From: Candidatus Melainabacteria bacterium 17Bon1m
Lineage (GTDB): Bacteria > Cyanobacteriota > Vampirovibrionia > Obscuribacterales > Obscuribacteraceae
Length of the DNA: 59,757 nt
Assembly: GCA_032128875.1 (NCBI GenBank)
Contig: JAVLKG010000019.1
Span: 1-59,757 of the forward strand
Direction of reading: 5' to 3'
In this document: piece after piece, positions 1 to 9,542 of the stretch
Numbering within the stretch: position 1 is the first letter of the stretch
Layout of the letters: each line of letters starts with the position of its first letter
The notes under the pieces: model-generated
What the model was told of the DNA's origin: nothing
What the model saw: the letters and a program-made list of their open reading frames with translations, nothing else
The model's database searches: none
Program-made: the position numbers and the translations under genes

Positions 1-74
1 TGCTGTCTGCTGCCGCAGCGGAGCCGTAGCCGTTGCTAGGCTGCGGGCTAATTGACGTCCGACAGGAAATCTAC
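1..74. repeat. Left copy of 74-bp inverted repeat at window ends
   Basis: 1..74 is the exact reverse complement of 59681..59754; identity breaks at position 75/59680. Confidence 0.97.
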
Positions 75-143
75 AAACATCGCATGCGGCTCCCCTACGA
101 GTGAACTGGTTGTACACTATGTGAGTCATGGCGGGGACCGATC

Positions 144-1622
144 ATGGACCTTGGTTTTCTAAGCGAATTAAAAAACAAGAAAGAGCGCATCACGAGCAAG
201 GACCTCGTGGCTGCGGTTTCCCATGCAATCGACAAAGGACTGTTGAAGCCGGGCGACCGCATTCCATCAATGCGCGAATTGTCGTTGTTTCTCAACATCG
301 CAAAAACAACAGTTGCTCGCTCGTTTGACCAACTGATCGCAACAGGTCAACTGACTGCGACCAAAGGATCAGGAACATTCGTAGCGGGAAACGCTTCTGA
401 GCGAGCTGCTGCAAACCCTCGCGAAACGTACGCTAAGCCTGACAGTTCATCCGAGTTCGAGTGGGAACCACATTTCTCTCCAGTTGCGCAGCGTCTTTTG
501 AGACAGTCTCCTGAGTTCATCACCTCAGGAGATTTGAATACTATCAATTTCGGAAGCACACCCGCCGAATTCTTGCCGATTGGCGAATGGAAAAGCCGCA
601 TCATTGCTCAGTATCGCGCAGACGAAATTGTGCCCGGTGGCAACAAAACCGAGCCGCTCGGATTTCGCCCGTTAAGAGAAGCGCTCGTGGGTTTCCTCCG
701 CCGCACCAAAGGCATTCAATGCGACGCGTCGCAAATCGCACTATATTCCAGCTCTCAAAACGCGCTCAATCACGTTTTGACACTACTGTCAAAACCCGGA
801 CAGAAAGCTCTTTGTGAGAACCCAGGCTTTGCCGGTGCACGCGAACATTTTCGTATTCACGGCATCGAAACCGTTGATGTTCCAATCGACTCAAACGGCA
901 TGATTGTCACGAAGGAACAACTCGAGAAAGCCGATGCTGATTGGGTTTACACAACCCCCGCCTGCCAGGATCCAACTGGTGCAGTCTTGTCTCAAGAACG
1001 TCGAGATATATTGCTAAAATGGTGCAACAAGCATGAAGTGGCAATCATCGAAGATGGCTGGGACTCTGATTTCCACTACGGCACAAAGACTTCGGCGACT
1101 CTTTTTGCGCAGGATGAAACAGGTTCTGTCCTTTACCTCTATACGTTTTGGCGCTTGCTCTATCCTCTCACATCGATAACAATGCTCGTGCTTCCACCGG
1201 CATTGGTAAACGTTTTCCACAGATCAAAACGACTTTCAGATCCGCCTTTTGCCACAGCAGACGATGTGGTTCTTTGCGAGCTTTTAGAAAACGGTTCACT
1301 GGAAAAACACATCAGACAAGTGTGGAAAGAATATAGAAAACGCCGTCAGGCTGTGATTTTTGAACTGACGAAACAGCTAGGCAAGTCAGTCATCGTCCAG
1401 CCATTTACAGCCGGCATGCATGCCATTGTCCGCTTCGACAGCTCGTGGAACGTTGAACACATTGTCGACTGCGCGGTCAGAAGTGGACTTCAGATAGCCC
1501 CTACAGCGTCCTATTATGCGGATGATGCGACAGCTAATGAATTTATGGTCTTCTTCGCCGGGCTGGTAGAAGAGCAAGTAGAAGCCGTTATAACGCGCTT
1601 TACGACTGCATTGCAAAATTAG
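144..1622 (+). CDS. MocR/GabR (GntR-family) regulator with PLP-dependent aminotransferase-like domain
   Basis: N-terminal wHTH LKPGDRIPSMRELS...GSGTFV; C-terminal ENPGF, YTTPACQDPTG, IIEDGWDSDF. Confidence 0.92.
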   Translation: MDLGFLSELKNKKERITSKDLVAAVSHAIDKGLLKPGDRIPSMRELSLFLNIAKTTVARSFDQLIATGQLTATKGSGTFVAGNASERAAANPRETYAKPDSSSEFEWEPHFSPVAQRLLRQSPEFITSGDLNTINFGSTPAEFLPIGEWKSRIIAQYRADEIVPGGNKTEPLGFRPLREALVGFLRRTKGIQCDASQIALYSSSQNALNHVLTLLSKPGQKALCENPGFAGAREHFRIHGIETVDVPIDSNGMIVTKEQLEKADADWVYTTPACQDPTGAVLSQERRDILLKWCNKHEVAIIEDGWDSDFHYGTKTSATLFAQDETGSVLYLYTFWRLLYPLTSITMLVLPPALVNVFHRSKRLSDPPFATADDVVLCELLENGSLEKHIRQVWKEYRKRRQAVIFELTKQLGKSVIVQPFTAGMHAIVRFDSSWNVEHIVDCAVRSGLQIAPTASYYADDATANEFMVFFAGLVEEQVEAVITRFTTALQN

Positions 1623-1792
1623 CCGCATCGTGCCAAGACGCGAAGAACGAGACATCATCACGGTTTGCTGAAGTCATATCTAAAACAAAAGTCCTGCTAC
1701 AAGGCTTAGTAGAACTATCACCAAGAACAAAAGCGGATCAGTCGAGGCGCCGTGAAGCGACCTCGGTGACCCGCCTTGCTCTTGTCGTTCGC

Positions 1793-2308
1793 TTACCAGT
1801 CGATGTTGACGACCGGCGTGCCTTCGGGAAGAACGACGCTGGTGAGCTGGATGAACTCGCCGTTGTCGAGCTGCCGATTGATGTACTCGAATTCTCGAGT
1901 CACCGGTTCGGCAACGCGCGCAGCGGCAACGAAGTCCAGCTTGATGTCCGCCTTCTCCGCAGCATCGAGCAGATGCGCATCGAAGGAGTTGTGCACGTGC
2001 AGAGGCAGCTTGAGAGCCGCCGCGACGACGAGCGCATGCTTGAGCACCTTGTCGTAGTCTCGACTCCAGTACTCCCAACCAGTCGTACCTTCCCAGGTGA
2101 ACTGATTGAAGAGCGAGGAGAAGAACTTGAACGGCTTGTTGCCCAGCTCACGGTTGGCGGCTTGCACAGCGGCATCGGCGCGGATTCGCTCCGAGTCCCA
2201 ATCGCGAGCCGACGGGCGGCAGGGGTCGTGACGCTCATCACCAGCGAGGTCGCGGATGAAGAGTGAAACGCCCTTGTCACCACCGGGAATTTCCAGCGAG
2301 ATGAACAT
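1793..2308 (-). CDS. Hypothetical protein
   Basis: 171-aa ORF with GAGG SD upstream of ATG; last gene of the cluster. Confidence 0.7.
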   Translation of the reverse strand: MFISLEIPGGDKGVSLFIRDLAGDERHDPCRPSARDWDSERIRADAAVQAANRELGNKPFKFFSSLFNQFTWEGTTGWEYWSRDYDKVLKHALVVAAALKLPLHVHNSFDAHLLDAAEKADIKLDFVAAARVAEPVTREFEYINRQLDNGEFIQLTSVVLPEGTPVVNIDW

Positions 2309-2404
2309 GTTTACCTCAAGAGTCTAGAGGTTGCGAAAGGGCCTCTCGAGTCTCATCGCCAGGCTTTGCGGCCTATTGACTCTAACCCGAGAAACCCGCC
2401 TACA

Positions 2405-2737
2405 TCAGACGCCGTCAGCGTCCCCGTGTCCGTGACCGTGGGACGCATCGTGCGTATCCTGCACATGCGGGTCCATCCCATAGCCGGAGGCCTGGGGATA
2501 GAGGTGCCGTCTGCCGCCGCCATTTCCAGTTCGAATCACGACCTGGGATAGCATGCTCGGAAGCGGCTGTGAAGAAGGAGGCGTTGCCGGCTGCGCATCC
2601 AGAACCACGGACGTGGACCTGGCGGGCACAGGGGCGAAGCGTTCCTTCATGCGTTTTCGCACGCCGCGGCTGAGCCACACGGGCAACAGCACGACGGCTG
2701 CGACAAGCAGCAAGAAGCCAATTCCAAAATCAGGCAT
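2405..2737 (-). CDS. Small membrane protein with His/Gly-rich tail
   Basis: N-terminal TM GIGFLLLVAAVVLLPVWL; C-terminal HDASHGHGHG; AAGGAG SD. Confidence 0.7.
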   Translation of the reverse strand: MPDFGIGFLLLVAAVVLLPVWLSRGVRKRMKERFAPVPARSTSVVLDAQPATPPSSQPLPSMLSQVVIRTGNGGGRRHLYPQASGYGMDPHVQDTHDASHGHGHGDADGV

Positions 2738-2771
2738 TGTTTGTTTCTCCTTGACGGATTTTCAGCCGAAG

Positions 2772-3155
2772 CTAGATCAACTTCTCACGCTTCGCCCGCT
2801 CCACGGCACGTTCGTGCACGTAGTGAGCGAAGTTCCAGTTCTGCGTGCCGTGATACTGGATGTCGCCGACGACATCCATGTACCGAAGCACGCGCCGTTC
2901 GATGCCGCGGAACTGACGCGTGGTGAGCGTCACCGCGACACCGGCAGCGTAGAGCGCCAGGGTCACCAGCGCTTGCGGCTGCCGCTGAACCCGCTCGGCA
3001 TGAGCCTGCAACGCCATCATCGCGATGGTGGCACAGACATGCGTGGGTTCACCTTGGAGGAAATCAGACGGCAGCCCGACGCCCATGGGGTCGAAACCCG
3101 GCTGGCCATCGAAGTCCGTCGCGATGTTGATCTGAGGACGATTTGCTTGCGACAT
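2772..3155 (-). CDS. Hypothetical protein
   Basis: AAGGAG SD before ATG at 3155 (MSQANRP). Confidence 0.7.
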   Translation of the reverse strand: MSQANRPQINIATDFDGQPGFDPMGVGLPSDFLQGEPTHVCATIAMMALQAHAERVQRQPQALVTLALYAAGVAVTLTTRQFRGIERRVLRYMDVVGDIQYHGTQNWNFAHYVHERAVERAKREKLI

Positions 3156-3285
3156 AACGTTGCTCCTTTTCACTAAAGGTTGTTTCGTTGAATTGCACGG
3201 CATGTGCTATGCCGTCCGAGATAAGGTCGCCACCATCGCTGATGGCATTACAAATGTCAGCGAAGTGGTTAGCTTCACCCTTGGT

Positions 3286-3666
3286 TTACTTCTTGTTGCG
3301 CCGAGAGCGGTTCTGGCGCCGCTCCCTGCGACTGCGGTTCTCGCCCGTAGCCGCCTGGTCGAGCCATCTGCGCACGCTGGAGACGTCGGCGACGTGGATG
3401 TCCGGCAGGACGACGAGACGCTTGCCGGTGAGGTCCGGCATGGCAGGAGCTGCGCCGTCCAGGAAATCGCCGAGCATCACTACCTCCACGCCAGGCATAC
3501 GTCCCGCAGAGAAGGATGCCGCAACGGAGCCAGCGGAAACACCGCCGGAATCCATGCGGACGCCGAGCTCAGCGAGGCCTCGCTGCGCACCGGCGTGCTG
3601 CAGAATTCCCGAAGGAATCTGCGAGGAAACTGCCACCTCGAGCTTCTGGTTCGAATTATGCGACAT
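3286..3666 (-). CDS. Hypothetical protein, similar to C-terminal part of 3817..4623
   Basis: Start MSHNSNQ; shares AELG..MD and PGVEVVMLGDFLD motifs with neighbour. Confidence 0.6.
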   Translation of the reverse strand: MSHNSNQKLEVAVSSQIPSGILQHAGAQRGLAELGVRMDSGGVSAGSVAASFSAGRMPGVEVVMLGDFLDGAAPAMPDLTGKRLVVLPDIHVADVSSVRRWLDQAATGENRSRRERRQNRSRRNKK

Positions 3667-3816
3667 AGCTTCACTTCCTTCATGATGCGTTGCCGCCACA
3701 TGTGGTGCGACGACAACTTGTTCAAATCAGTTAGAAACTACACACGCCACGAAGCGGCGGCACATCAGTCCGAGAACCGATGCGCCATCGCTTCCGCCGA
3801 AGAACCGTGCTTGCGC

Positions 3817-4623
3817 TCAGTCCTTCACTGCTTCCGTCGGGCGGTGGCTATGCCCGTGGAAGAACCGTGAGCCGACCGGGTTTGAGAGTTCGTCATCGAT
3901 GCCAGCGTCCTTGCCACGCCAGCGGCTGACTGCGAACAGGTCGACTGCATCTCCCAGCACAACAACCGCTACACCCGGCGCAGGCCAGGGAAGCGGTTTG
4001 CCGGGGAAGTTGCCGACGCCATAGCCGAGCAAGGAACGCTCCGGGTCGACCAGATGCCCCAGCTCCACAGCACTCAGCCCGGAGGCGAAATCCGCACGGT
4101 TTTTCTTCCGCTCGGCTGCGAGCGCCGCCATCTTCGCGTCGTAGGCAGCACGTTCGCCTTCGTCCATGTCTTCGTAGTCCTTCTCGGGCTCGTTGACATT
4201 GGAGATGGCGGCGGCTTGCTCGGCGCTCAGCTTGGTGACAGTGAGACGCGACTCGCAGTGGTAGTGCGCCCCGCAATGCGGGCAGTCGCACTCGTAGGCG
4301 AAGTCGCGCGCGATTTCGAACGTCTTGCTGCAGGCGCAATGCGCCGTCATCACGACATCCGAGCCCTTCCACTGGATGAAGGCATGCAATCCGACTTCGT
4401 CGTCGAAGTTTTCCCGCTCGCTGAGCAGGTTGACGTCGGCTCCGATGCTGAGCACGTCTTTGCAAAACGGACAGCGAATGTGCTGCGTGGAAGGCCCGTT
4501 CTTGCGACCGTGGACATGGAAGTCACTGCCGCAAGGGCAGGTAACGTCCATGCACGTGTCGGGTGTTCGCTCGAAATCGATGACGGCGAACGGTTGGTTT
4601 GGCTTGCGATTCATAGGTTTCAT
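3817..4623 (-). CDS. Cys-rich protein with duplicated zinc-ribbon domain
   Basis: Two units CMDVTCPCG..CPFC and VMTAHCACS..CPHC; GGAG SD. Confidence 0.75.
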   Translation of the reverse strand: MKPMNRKPNQPFAVIDFERTPDTCMDVTCPCGSDFHVHGRKNGPSTQHIRCPFCKDVLSIGADVNLLSERENFDDEVGLHAFIQWKGSDVVMTAHCACSKTFEIARDFAYECDCPHCGAHYHCESRLTVTKLSAEQAAAISNVNEPEKDYEDMDEGERAAYDAKMAALAAERKKNRADFASGLSAVELGHLVDPERSLLGYGVGNFPGKPLPWPAPGVAVVVLGDAVDLFAVSRWRGKDAGIDDELSNPVGSRFFHGHSHRPTEAVKD

Positions 4624-4781
4624 TTCTCCAATTGTTAGTTTTTCTTATCAATCCCTTGGAAGCCGCCGAAGCGGTTTCGCCATTTGTTTTTGCCTTGGGA
4701 AACCTTTGAATTTCCCCCCGAAGGCGGCGCCACATTACGCTTGCGCATTGATGCAACGCCGCCTTAACCTCGTAAAACTGC

Positions 4782-5360
4782 TCAGGCAGCCTGCCGACTT
4801 GCGTAGGCAGGAATGATGCTGAACAGCTTCTCTTCGCAAGCATCCAGGTCGCCGGCTTCGATGTCGGCGAAGAACGCCAGTGCACGCTGCATGGCGGCCG
4901 GAGCACCAGGCTGCCGGTCTTCATGCTCCCAGTCCGGTACTCCGTACGCGACCACCGTCCACTCCGGACCGAGCACCTGACTGAAGATGTACAGGGCGCG
5001 CGGCATGTGGAAGTCGGAGGTGACCACGTAGAGGGTACCCTTCTGAAACTCCGACAAGTGTCGGCGCGCCGTGAAGACGGCATTGCCGAACGAGTCGAAT
5101 GACCGGTCCTCGATGAGAATCCGGTCGGCGTCGATGCCTTCCGACCTCACGATTTCAGCCATCACTTCAGCTTCGGTCGAGCCTTGTGTTCCGTCGTCGT
5201 CCGGAGGACGGCTGCCGGAGCAGATGAGCTTGACAGGTTGGTCGCGCAGCAGCTGTGCTGCGGCACGGGCACGCATCGCGGTTACGGGGTGAGCGCTACC
5301 GTCAGCTGCCAAACCGCTGCCGAGAACGACAGCAATTGTAGTTGCATTTTTATTTGGCAT
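4782..5360 (-). CDS. YdcF/DUF218 (ElyC/SanA-like) protein
   Basis: AVVLGSG, ICSG, TEAEVM, ILIEDRSFDSFGNA, VVTSDFHMPRA motifs. Confidence 0.92.
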   Translation of the reverse strand: MPNKNATTIAVVLGSGLAADGSAHPVTAMRARAAAQLLRDQPVKLICSGSRPPDDDGTQGSTEAEVMAEIVRSEGIDADRILIEDRSFDSFGNAVFTARRHLSEFQKGTLYVVTSDFHMPRALYIFSQVLGPEWTVVAYGVPDWEHEDRQPGAPAAMQRALAFFADIEAGDLDACEEKLFSIIPAYASRQAA

Positions 5361-5381
5361 AGTTTTGTCCCTTTCGCGTTG

Positions 5382-5584
5382 GCGGATGTGAAGTCCGCTT
5401 GGCGGTCACGGCTTAACGCCACCACCCGTGGTGAGCACGAATACACTTCGTGCGTTCATCACCACAGGCAGAAGCGTGTGCCATTGTTGTTATCTGGGCC
5501 GGTTTGAGCACAGACGCCGAGCGGCGAAGCCCGGCGTCTATACCCTCACCAACTTAGCTTTCGGCAGTGCCACGCCGGCACCGC
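5382..5584 (-). ncRNA. Candidate structured intergenic RNA (five stem-loops)
   Basis: Stems at 5382-5398, 5400-5421, 5425-5468, 5512-5539, 5564-5584; three A.C mismatches on + become G.U pairs on -. Confidence 0.4.
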
Positions 5585-5602
5585 AGGTACTACCACTGGT
5601 TG

Positions 5603-5866
5603 TCAGCCAGCGTCGGGACGCGTCTGCGTCTCCATCTCCGCAATCAAGCGGAAAGCGTCGTCCCGGTCGACTCCGCACGTGTCAGCCTTGGGCTGAAACG
5701 AGGAGCAGACCGCCGGACGCTCGGGCTTACCGAACAACCCGCAGAGGTTGTCGGCACGCAAGTGCAGGCAACGTTCGCCGGCGCGTTTGCCTTGCGGCAT
5801 ACCCGGAATCGGCGAGCTGATGCTAATCGCGATGCAGCAAGCACCACAATTCATCCTGCAATCCAT
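5603..5866 (-). CDS. YkgJ-family cysteine cluster protein (YeiW-like)
   Basis: MDCRMNCGACCIAISISSPIPGMPQGK..ERCLHL...CGLFGKPERPAVC. Confidence 0.9.
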   Translation of the reverse strand: MDCRMNCGACCIAISISSPIPGMPQGKRAGERCLHLRADNLCGLFGKPERPAVCSSFQPKADTCGVDRDDAFRLIAEMETQTRPDAG

Positions 5867-5928
5867 GTCGGCATCTCCTCTTCTGAGAAGTATTACGGTT
5901 CATTCGGAGCAGCGCTTTTGGCGCCGCT

Positions 5929-6495
5929 TTACGCTGCCACCGCGACCGGCTTGAGGATGTCGGCGAGCGTGGTCTCGCGACCGGCCGCCTTCTCCTCCTG
6001 CCAGAGTTCGAGCGCCGTGACGAGCAGGTCGACATCGTGCATGATGCCGGCGCGCTTGTAGTCCTCGGCGTTGTCGATGCCCGCCATGTACATGAGGATG
6101 ATCGTGCGGTAGGTCGGACCGCCGATCGTCGTCTCGCTCGTGTACAGGTTGAGCATGCCGGGCAGAACCTCGCAGCAGAGCCGCTGACGCAGCGCCTCGC
6201 GAAGTTCGTCGGTGTCGTTGTTGTAGCGGAAGAAGGCTGCGAGTTCCGCGATCTCCTCGGCGGAGCCCTCCAACTCGGCGATCTCCTCCGTCATCGGGCC
6301 CTCGCGCCAGAAAGCCAGCGACGTCGCCGGGGTGGCGGCAGCCGGGTTCAGGTTCTTCGGGTCGAGGCAGGCGGTCATCTTGCCGATGCCGAGGAAACGG
6401 GAAAGCGCACCCAGAGCCGCGAGCCGCGAGAGCTCGGACGTCTTCTGGTTGATGCGCTGCCCGTTCACCATGCCGTACGTGGTCAACTTGGTCAT
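5929..6495 (-). CDS. Hypothetical protein
   Basis: GGAG SD before ATG at 6495 (MTKLTTYG), 188 aa. Confidence 0.7.
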   Translation of the reverse strand: MTKLTTYGMVNGQRINQKTSELSRLAALGALSRFLGIGKMTACLDPKNLNPAAATPATSLAFWREGPMTEEIAELEGSAEEIAELAAFFRYNNDTDELREALRQRLCCEVLPGMLNLYTSETTIGGPTYRTIILMYMAGIDNAEDYKRAGIMHDVDLLVTALELWQEEKAAGRETTLADILKPVAVAA

Positions 6496-6673
6496 TTGGA
6501 TTTCTCCATCAGATTGGATTTTCATATGCGCACGTCGCGTGAGACGCTCGCGCGTGACTGTCGCTTTCGCGACTGCGGGACCGCCTGCTGCCGGTGGAGA
6601 AACGCTTATTGAGAGCGTCTCCCCACCGGACAACCGGGCGGCGTTTTGAAGGATTTGTCTTCCAGGCTTGCGC

Positions 6674-7393
6674 CTAGTCGAACAGCTTGCCCTGGTTGGG
6701 GTCTTCCTTCTTGCCACGGCGCCTTCCATTTCTGGATTTGCCGTGACCGCTCTTCGCAGCACCGTGAGCCGTCTTCGCCGGAGTGGCAGTCTCTTGCGGT
6801 CGGGTGACCACCTGAACTGACACAGCGACGGTTACGGTCGTGGCACCACCGGTGGGGGCATCGACCACCACCTTCTGCTCCACAACGGCGGGTGCCGGTG
6901 CGGGTTCCACAACGGCCGGAGCCACAGTGGTTTTCGCCACAGGCGCAGGTTTGGCTGCGACTGCGGGCTTGGCTTCTGCCGGCGGGGCGTACGTCGGGAC
7001 GACGCGGCTCGAGTCGTAACGGACGAAGTAGTACTTCGCACCTTCACGCTTCGTCGCCATCGTTCCCTGGAGGGCAGCCAGGTGATTCATCACCTCGCGA
7101 GCCTTCTCCTTCATTAAGATGTCGCCGTGATAGATGGCTTCGGTCCCGGCTTTCTCGCGGATTGCGAGATTGCGCCAGTTGCCACCTTTGCCGGTACTGT
7201 TGCTCTGCCAGATCCACGCCCGGATGAAGCCCGAGTAGCCATGCCCTTTTCGGTCGGGCACAGCAATGAGCTTCAGGTCCCCCTCACGGAGTTCCCGGAC
7301 ATTTTCCAGCGCATAGTACGGCAATTTCTCAGCGAGCAGCTTGTGGACGAACACCCGACCGCTGAGGCGGATCGGAATGTTGTTCGCTTTCAT
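6674..7393 (-). CDS. Hypothetical protein with Pro/Ala-rich linker and basic tail
   Basis: AAGGAG SD; globular N-terminus, low-complexity C-terminus. Confidence 0.75.
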   Translation of the reverse strand: MKANNIPIRLSGRVFVHKLLAEKLPYYALENVRELREGDLKLIAVPDRKGHGYSGFIRAWIWQSNSTGKGGNWRNLAIREKAGTEAIYHGDILMKEKAREVMNHLAALQGTMATKREGAKYYFVRYDSSRVVPTYAPPAEAKPAVAAKPAPVAKTTVAPAVVEPAPAPAVVEQKVVVDAPTGGATTVTVAVSVQVVTRPQETATPAKTAHGAAKSGHGKSRNGRRRGKKEDPNQGKLFD

Positions 7394-7504
7394 GTTGCTC
7401 CTTTCTTTGAGTTAACGCACTACAGGTAGTGACACTGGGGTATGGTTGAAAAACGCTCCCAGCCCCAGCGCCAGGAACGTTTTTGTTTGCTCGGTTCGCG
7501 GCGA

Positions 7505-8143
7505 CTAGGCTTTCGCTTCGTCTTCCTCGAGCCGAACGCCATAGCGTCCGCACAGCTCCCGCAGCCCCCCTTCGACGGTTTCGCCGTCGCTGACGAACTG
7601 CCAGTTGCCGTCGACGCGGGTGAACTCGCCGAGCACCACCGCACCATGACCGCGGTTGAACTCGCGGTAGATGTTGATGCCGACGGGCTCGAGGTCGCCC
7701 TTGCAGACGTACGTCGTCATCACGCCGAACATGCCGACGTGATGATGCTTCGTGTCATGCACACTGGAGACCAGCGCGATGCGCTGAACTTCCGCGGGCA
7801 TGGCGCCGAGACGCAGGCGGATGGTCGAGTGGAAGCGCGAGAGCGGGCCCACCGGAAGCAGCTCCGCCACGCCGCCGGCGTAGTGAGGCTGACCGTAGAA
7901 CAGGAAGCCCGACTCGGCCACGACCTTGCCGCCGGCACCGAGCATGAACGCCTGCACCGAGGCATCCAGGGGGTGCTTCTTGCTGCGCGCGGCGATCGCA
8001 TCCTTGTGCATGCGGTCCATCTTGCGCAGCGCGAAGTCGACGCCGATGATGGTCGCTTCGTTGGAGGAAGCAGCGGCGATGAGAATCGGTCCCACAGGGA
8101 CGATCTTGTCGCCGGCAACCTGATCCACTTTCGATTTCGACAT
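7505..8143 (-). CDS. Divergent TerD-family protein
   Basis: LDASVQAFMLGAGGKV...FLFYGQ, PAEVQRIALV, AVVLGEFTRVDGNWQFV...GGLRELCGRYGV. Confidence 0.8.
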   Translation of the reverse strand: MSKSKVDQVAGDKIVPVGPILIAAASSNEATIIGVDFALRKMDRMHKDAIAARSKKHPLDASVQAFMLGAGGKVVAESGFLFYGQPHYAGGVAELLPVGPLSRFHSTIRLRLGAMPAEVQRIALVSSVHDTKHHHVGMFGVMTTYVCKGDLEPVGINIYREFNRGHGAVVLGEFTRVDGNWQFVSDGETVEGGLRELCGRYGVRLEEDEAKA

Positions 8144-8312
8144 ACCAGTCTCTCCTATTTGCGGGCAATGCCGCGATCGATGGAACGCTCTCGTCACGCG
8201 CCATCGAATGGGTTTGGCAACGACCGGCTGGATTGTCGAAACAACCCAACCGCGTCATCGATTGCTCGATGCCGAGAAATTGCCGTGACACAACGAAGTG
8301 AGTAGTTACTGC

Positions 8313-9542
8313 TCAGGCGATCAGTCTGACGAACTGACGCCTGCCGTGCGACAACACAGAGCCTTCAGCGCCCGGCACTTCGACTTGCATCTCCGTGTCG
8401 GACACCTTGACGCCATCAAGCTTGACGCCGCCGCCCTGGATGAACTTGCGAGCCTGCCCCTTGCTGGGAGCCAGGCCGCAAGCCACCATGACGTCGACCA
8501 GCCTGGTCGGCGCTGCCACCACATGTGACGGCATGTCGACGGGGATTTCCCGCTGACGATGCACGCGATCCCAGTGCTCGAGCGCTTCCACCGCCGCGTC
8601 GTCGCCGTGGATGAAACGGACGACTTGCGTGGCGCATTCGCGCTTGAGTACCATCGGGTTCTCACCGTCCTCTTCGAGACGCTTGCGGGCAGCCTCGATT
8701 TGCGACGGTTTGAGCACCGTGACCAGCCTCGTGTACTCGAGAATGAGCCGGTCGGGAATGCGCATCACCTTGCCGAACACATCGTTCGGTTCGTCGTCCA
8801 GCGCGATGAAGTTGCCGAACGACTTGGACATCTTGGTCTCGCCGTCCGTACCGGTGAGGATGGGCGTCAGCATCGCGAGTTGCGGCTCGAAGCCGAACGC
8901 GCTCTGCATCTGCCTTCCCATCAGCACGTTGAAGCGCTGGTCGCTGCCGCCCAGCTCGATGTCCGCCTTGACCGAGATGCTGTCGTGCCCCTGGAGCAGC
9001 GGGTAGAGCATCTCCAGAATCGCAAGCGAACCGCCGCCTTCCATGCGCTTGCCGAAGACGTCCTTGGCGAGCAGCTGGTTGACGCTGGATGCTTGCAAGA
9101 CCGGAACCAAGTCATCGAGCGTCATCTTCCCGAGAGGCGTGTTGTAGAACACCTCCAGAGTCGCGACATCGAGAATCTTGCCGGACTGCGCGATGAACGT
9201 GGCAGCATTCTCCTCGACTTGCTCTTTGCTGAGCCGCGGGCGAGTTTTGTCTCGCCCGGTGGGGTCACCGATGGTGGCAGTGAAGCCGCCGATGACCAGC
9301 ACAGCCTGATGCCCGAGGTCCTGGAAGCGGCGCAGCAAGCGCAGCGGCACCGCGTGTCCGAGATGGAGCAGCGACCCGGTCGGGTCGACGCCCAGCTTGA
9401 CGCGCAACTTGCGCTTTTGCTCGTGCGCCGCATGGAGCCTGGCTGCCAGAGCATCGACGCCGGGGACGACGTCGACGAAGGCAGCCAGCTCTGCGGCTTG
9501 CGTGGTGAAGGCAGGAGGAAATCCCGCTTTGTCATTCGCCAT
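8313..9542 (-). CDS. tyrS: Tyrosyl-tRNA synthetase
   Basis: KLGVDPTG..LHLGH, IGDPTG, YPLLQGHD, ELGGSDQRFN, KMSKS, C-terminal S4 domain; start MANDKAG at 9542. Confidence 0.95.
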   Translation of the reverse strand: MANDKAGFPPAFTTQAAELAAFVDVVPGVDALAARLHAAHEQKRKLRVKLGVDPTGSLLHLGHAVPLRLLRRFQDLGHQAVLVIGGFTATIGDPTGRDKTRPRLSKEQVEENAATFIAQSGKILDVATLEVFYNTPLGKMTLDDLVPVLQASSVNQLLAKDVFGKRMEGGGSLAILEMLYPLLQGHDSISVKADIELGGSDQRFNVLMGRQMQSAFGFEPQLAMLTPILTGTDGETKMSKSFGNFIALDDEPNDVFGKVMRIPDRLILEYTRLVTVLKPSQIEAARKRLEEDGENPMVLKRECATQVVRFIHGDDAAVEALEHWDRVHRQREIPVDMPSHVVAAPTRLVDVMVACGLAPSKGQARKFIQGGGVKLDGVKVSDTEMQVEVPGAEGSVLSHGRRQFVRLIA

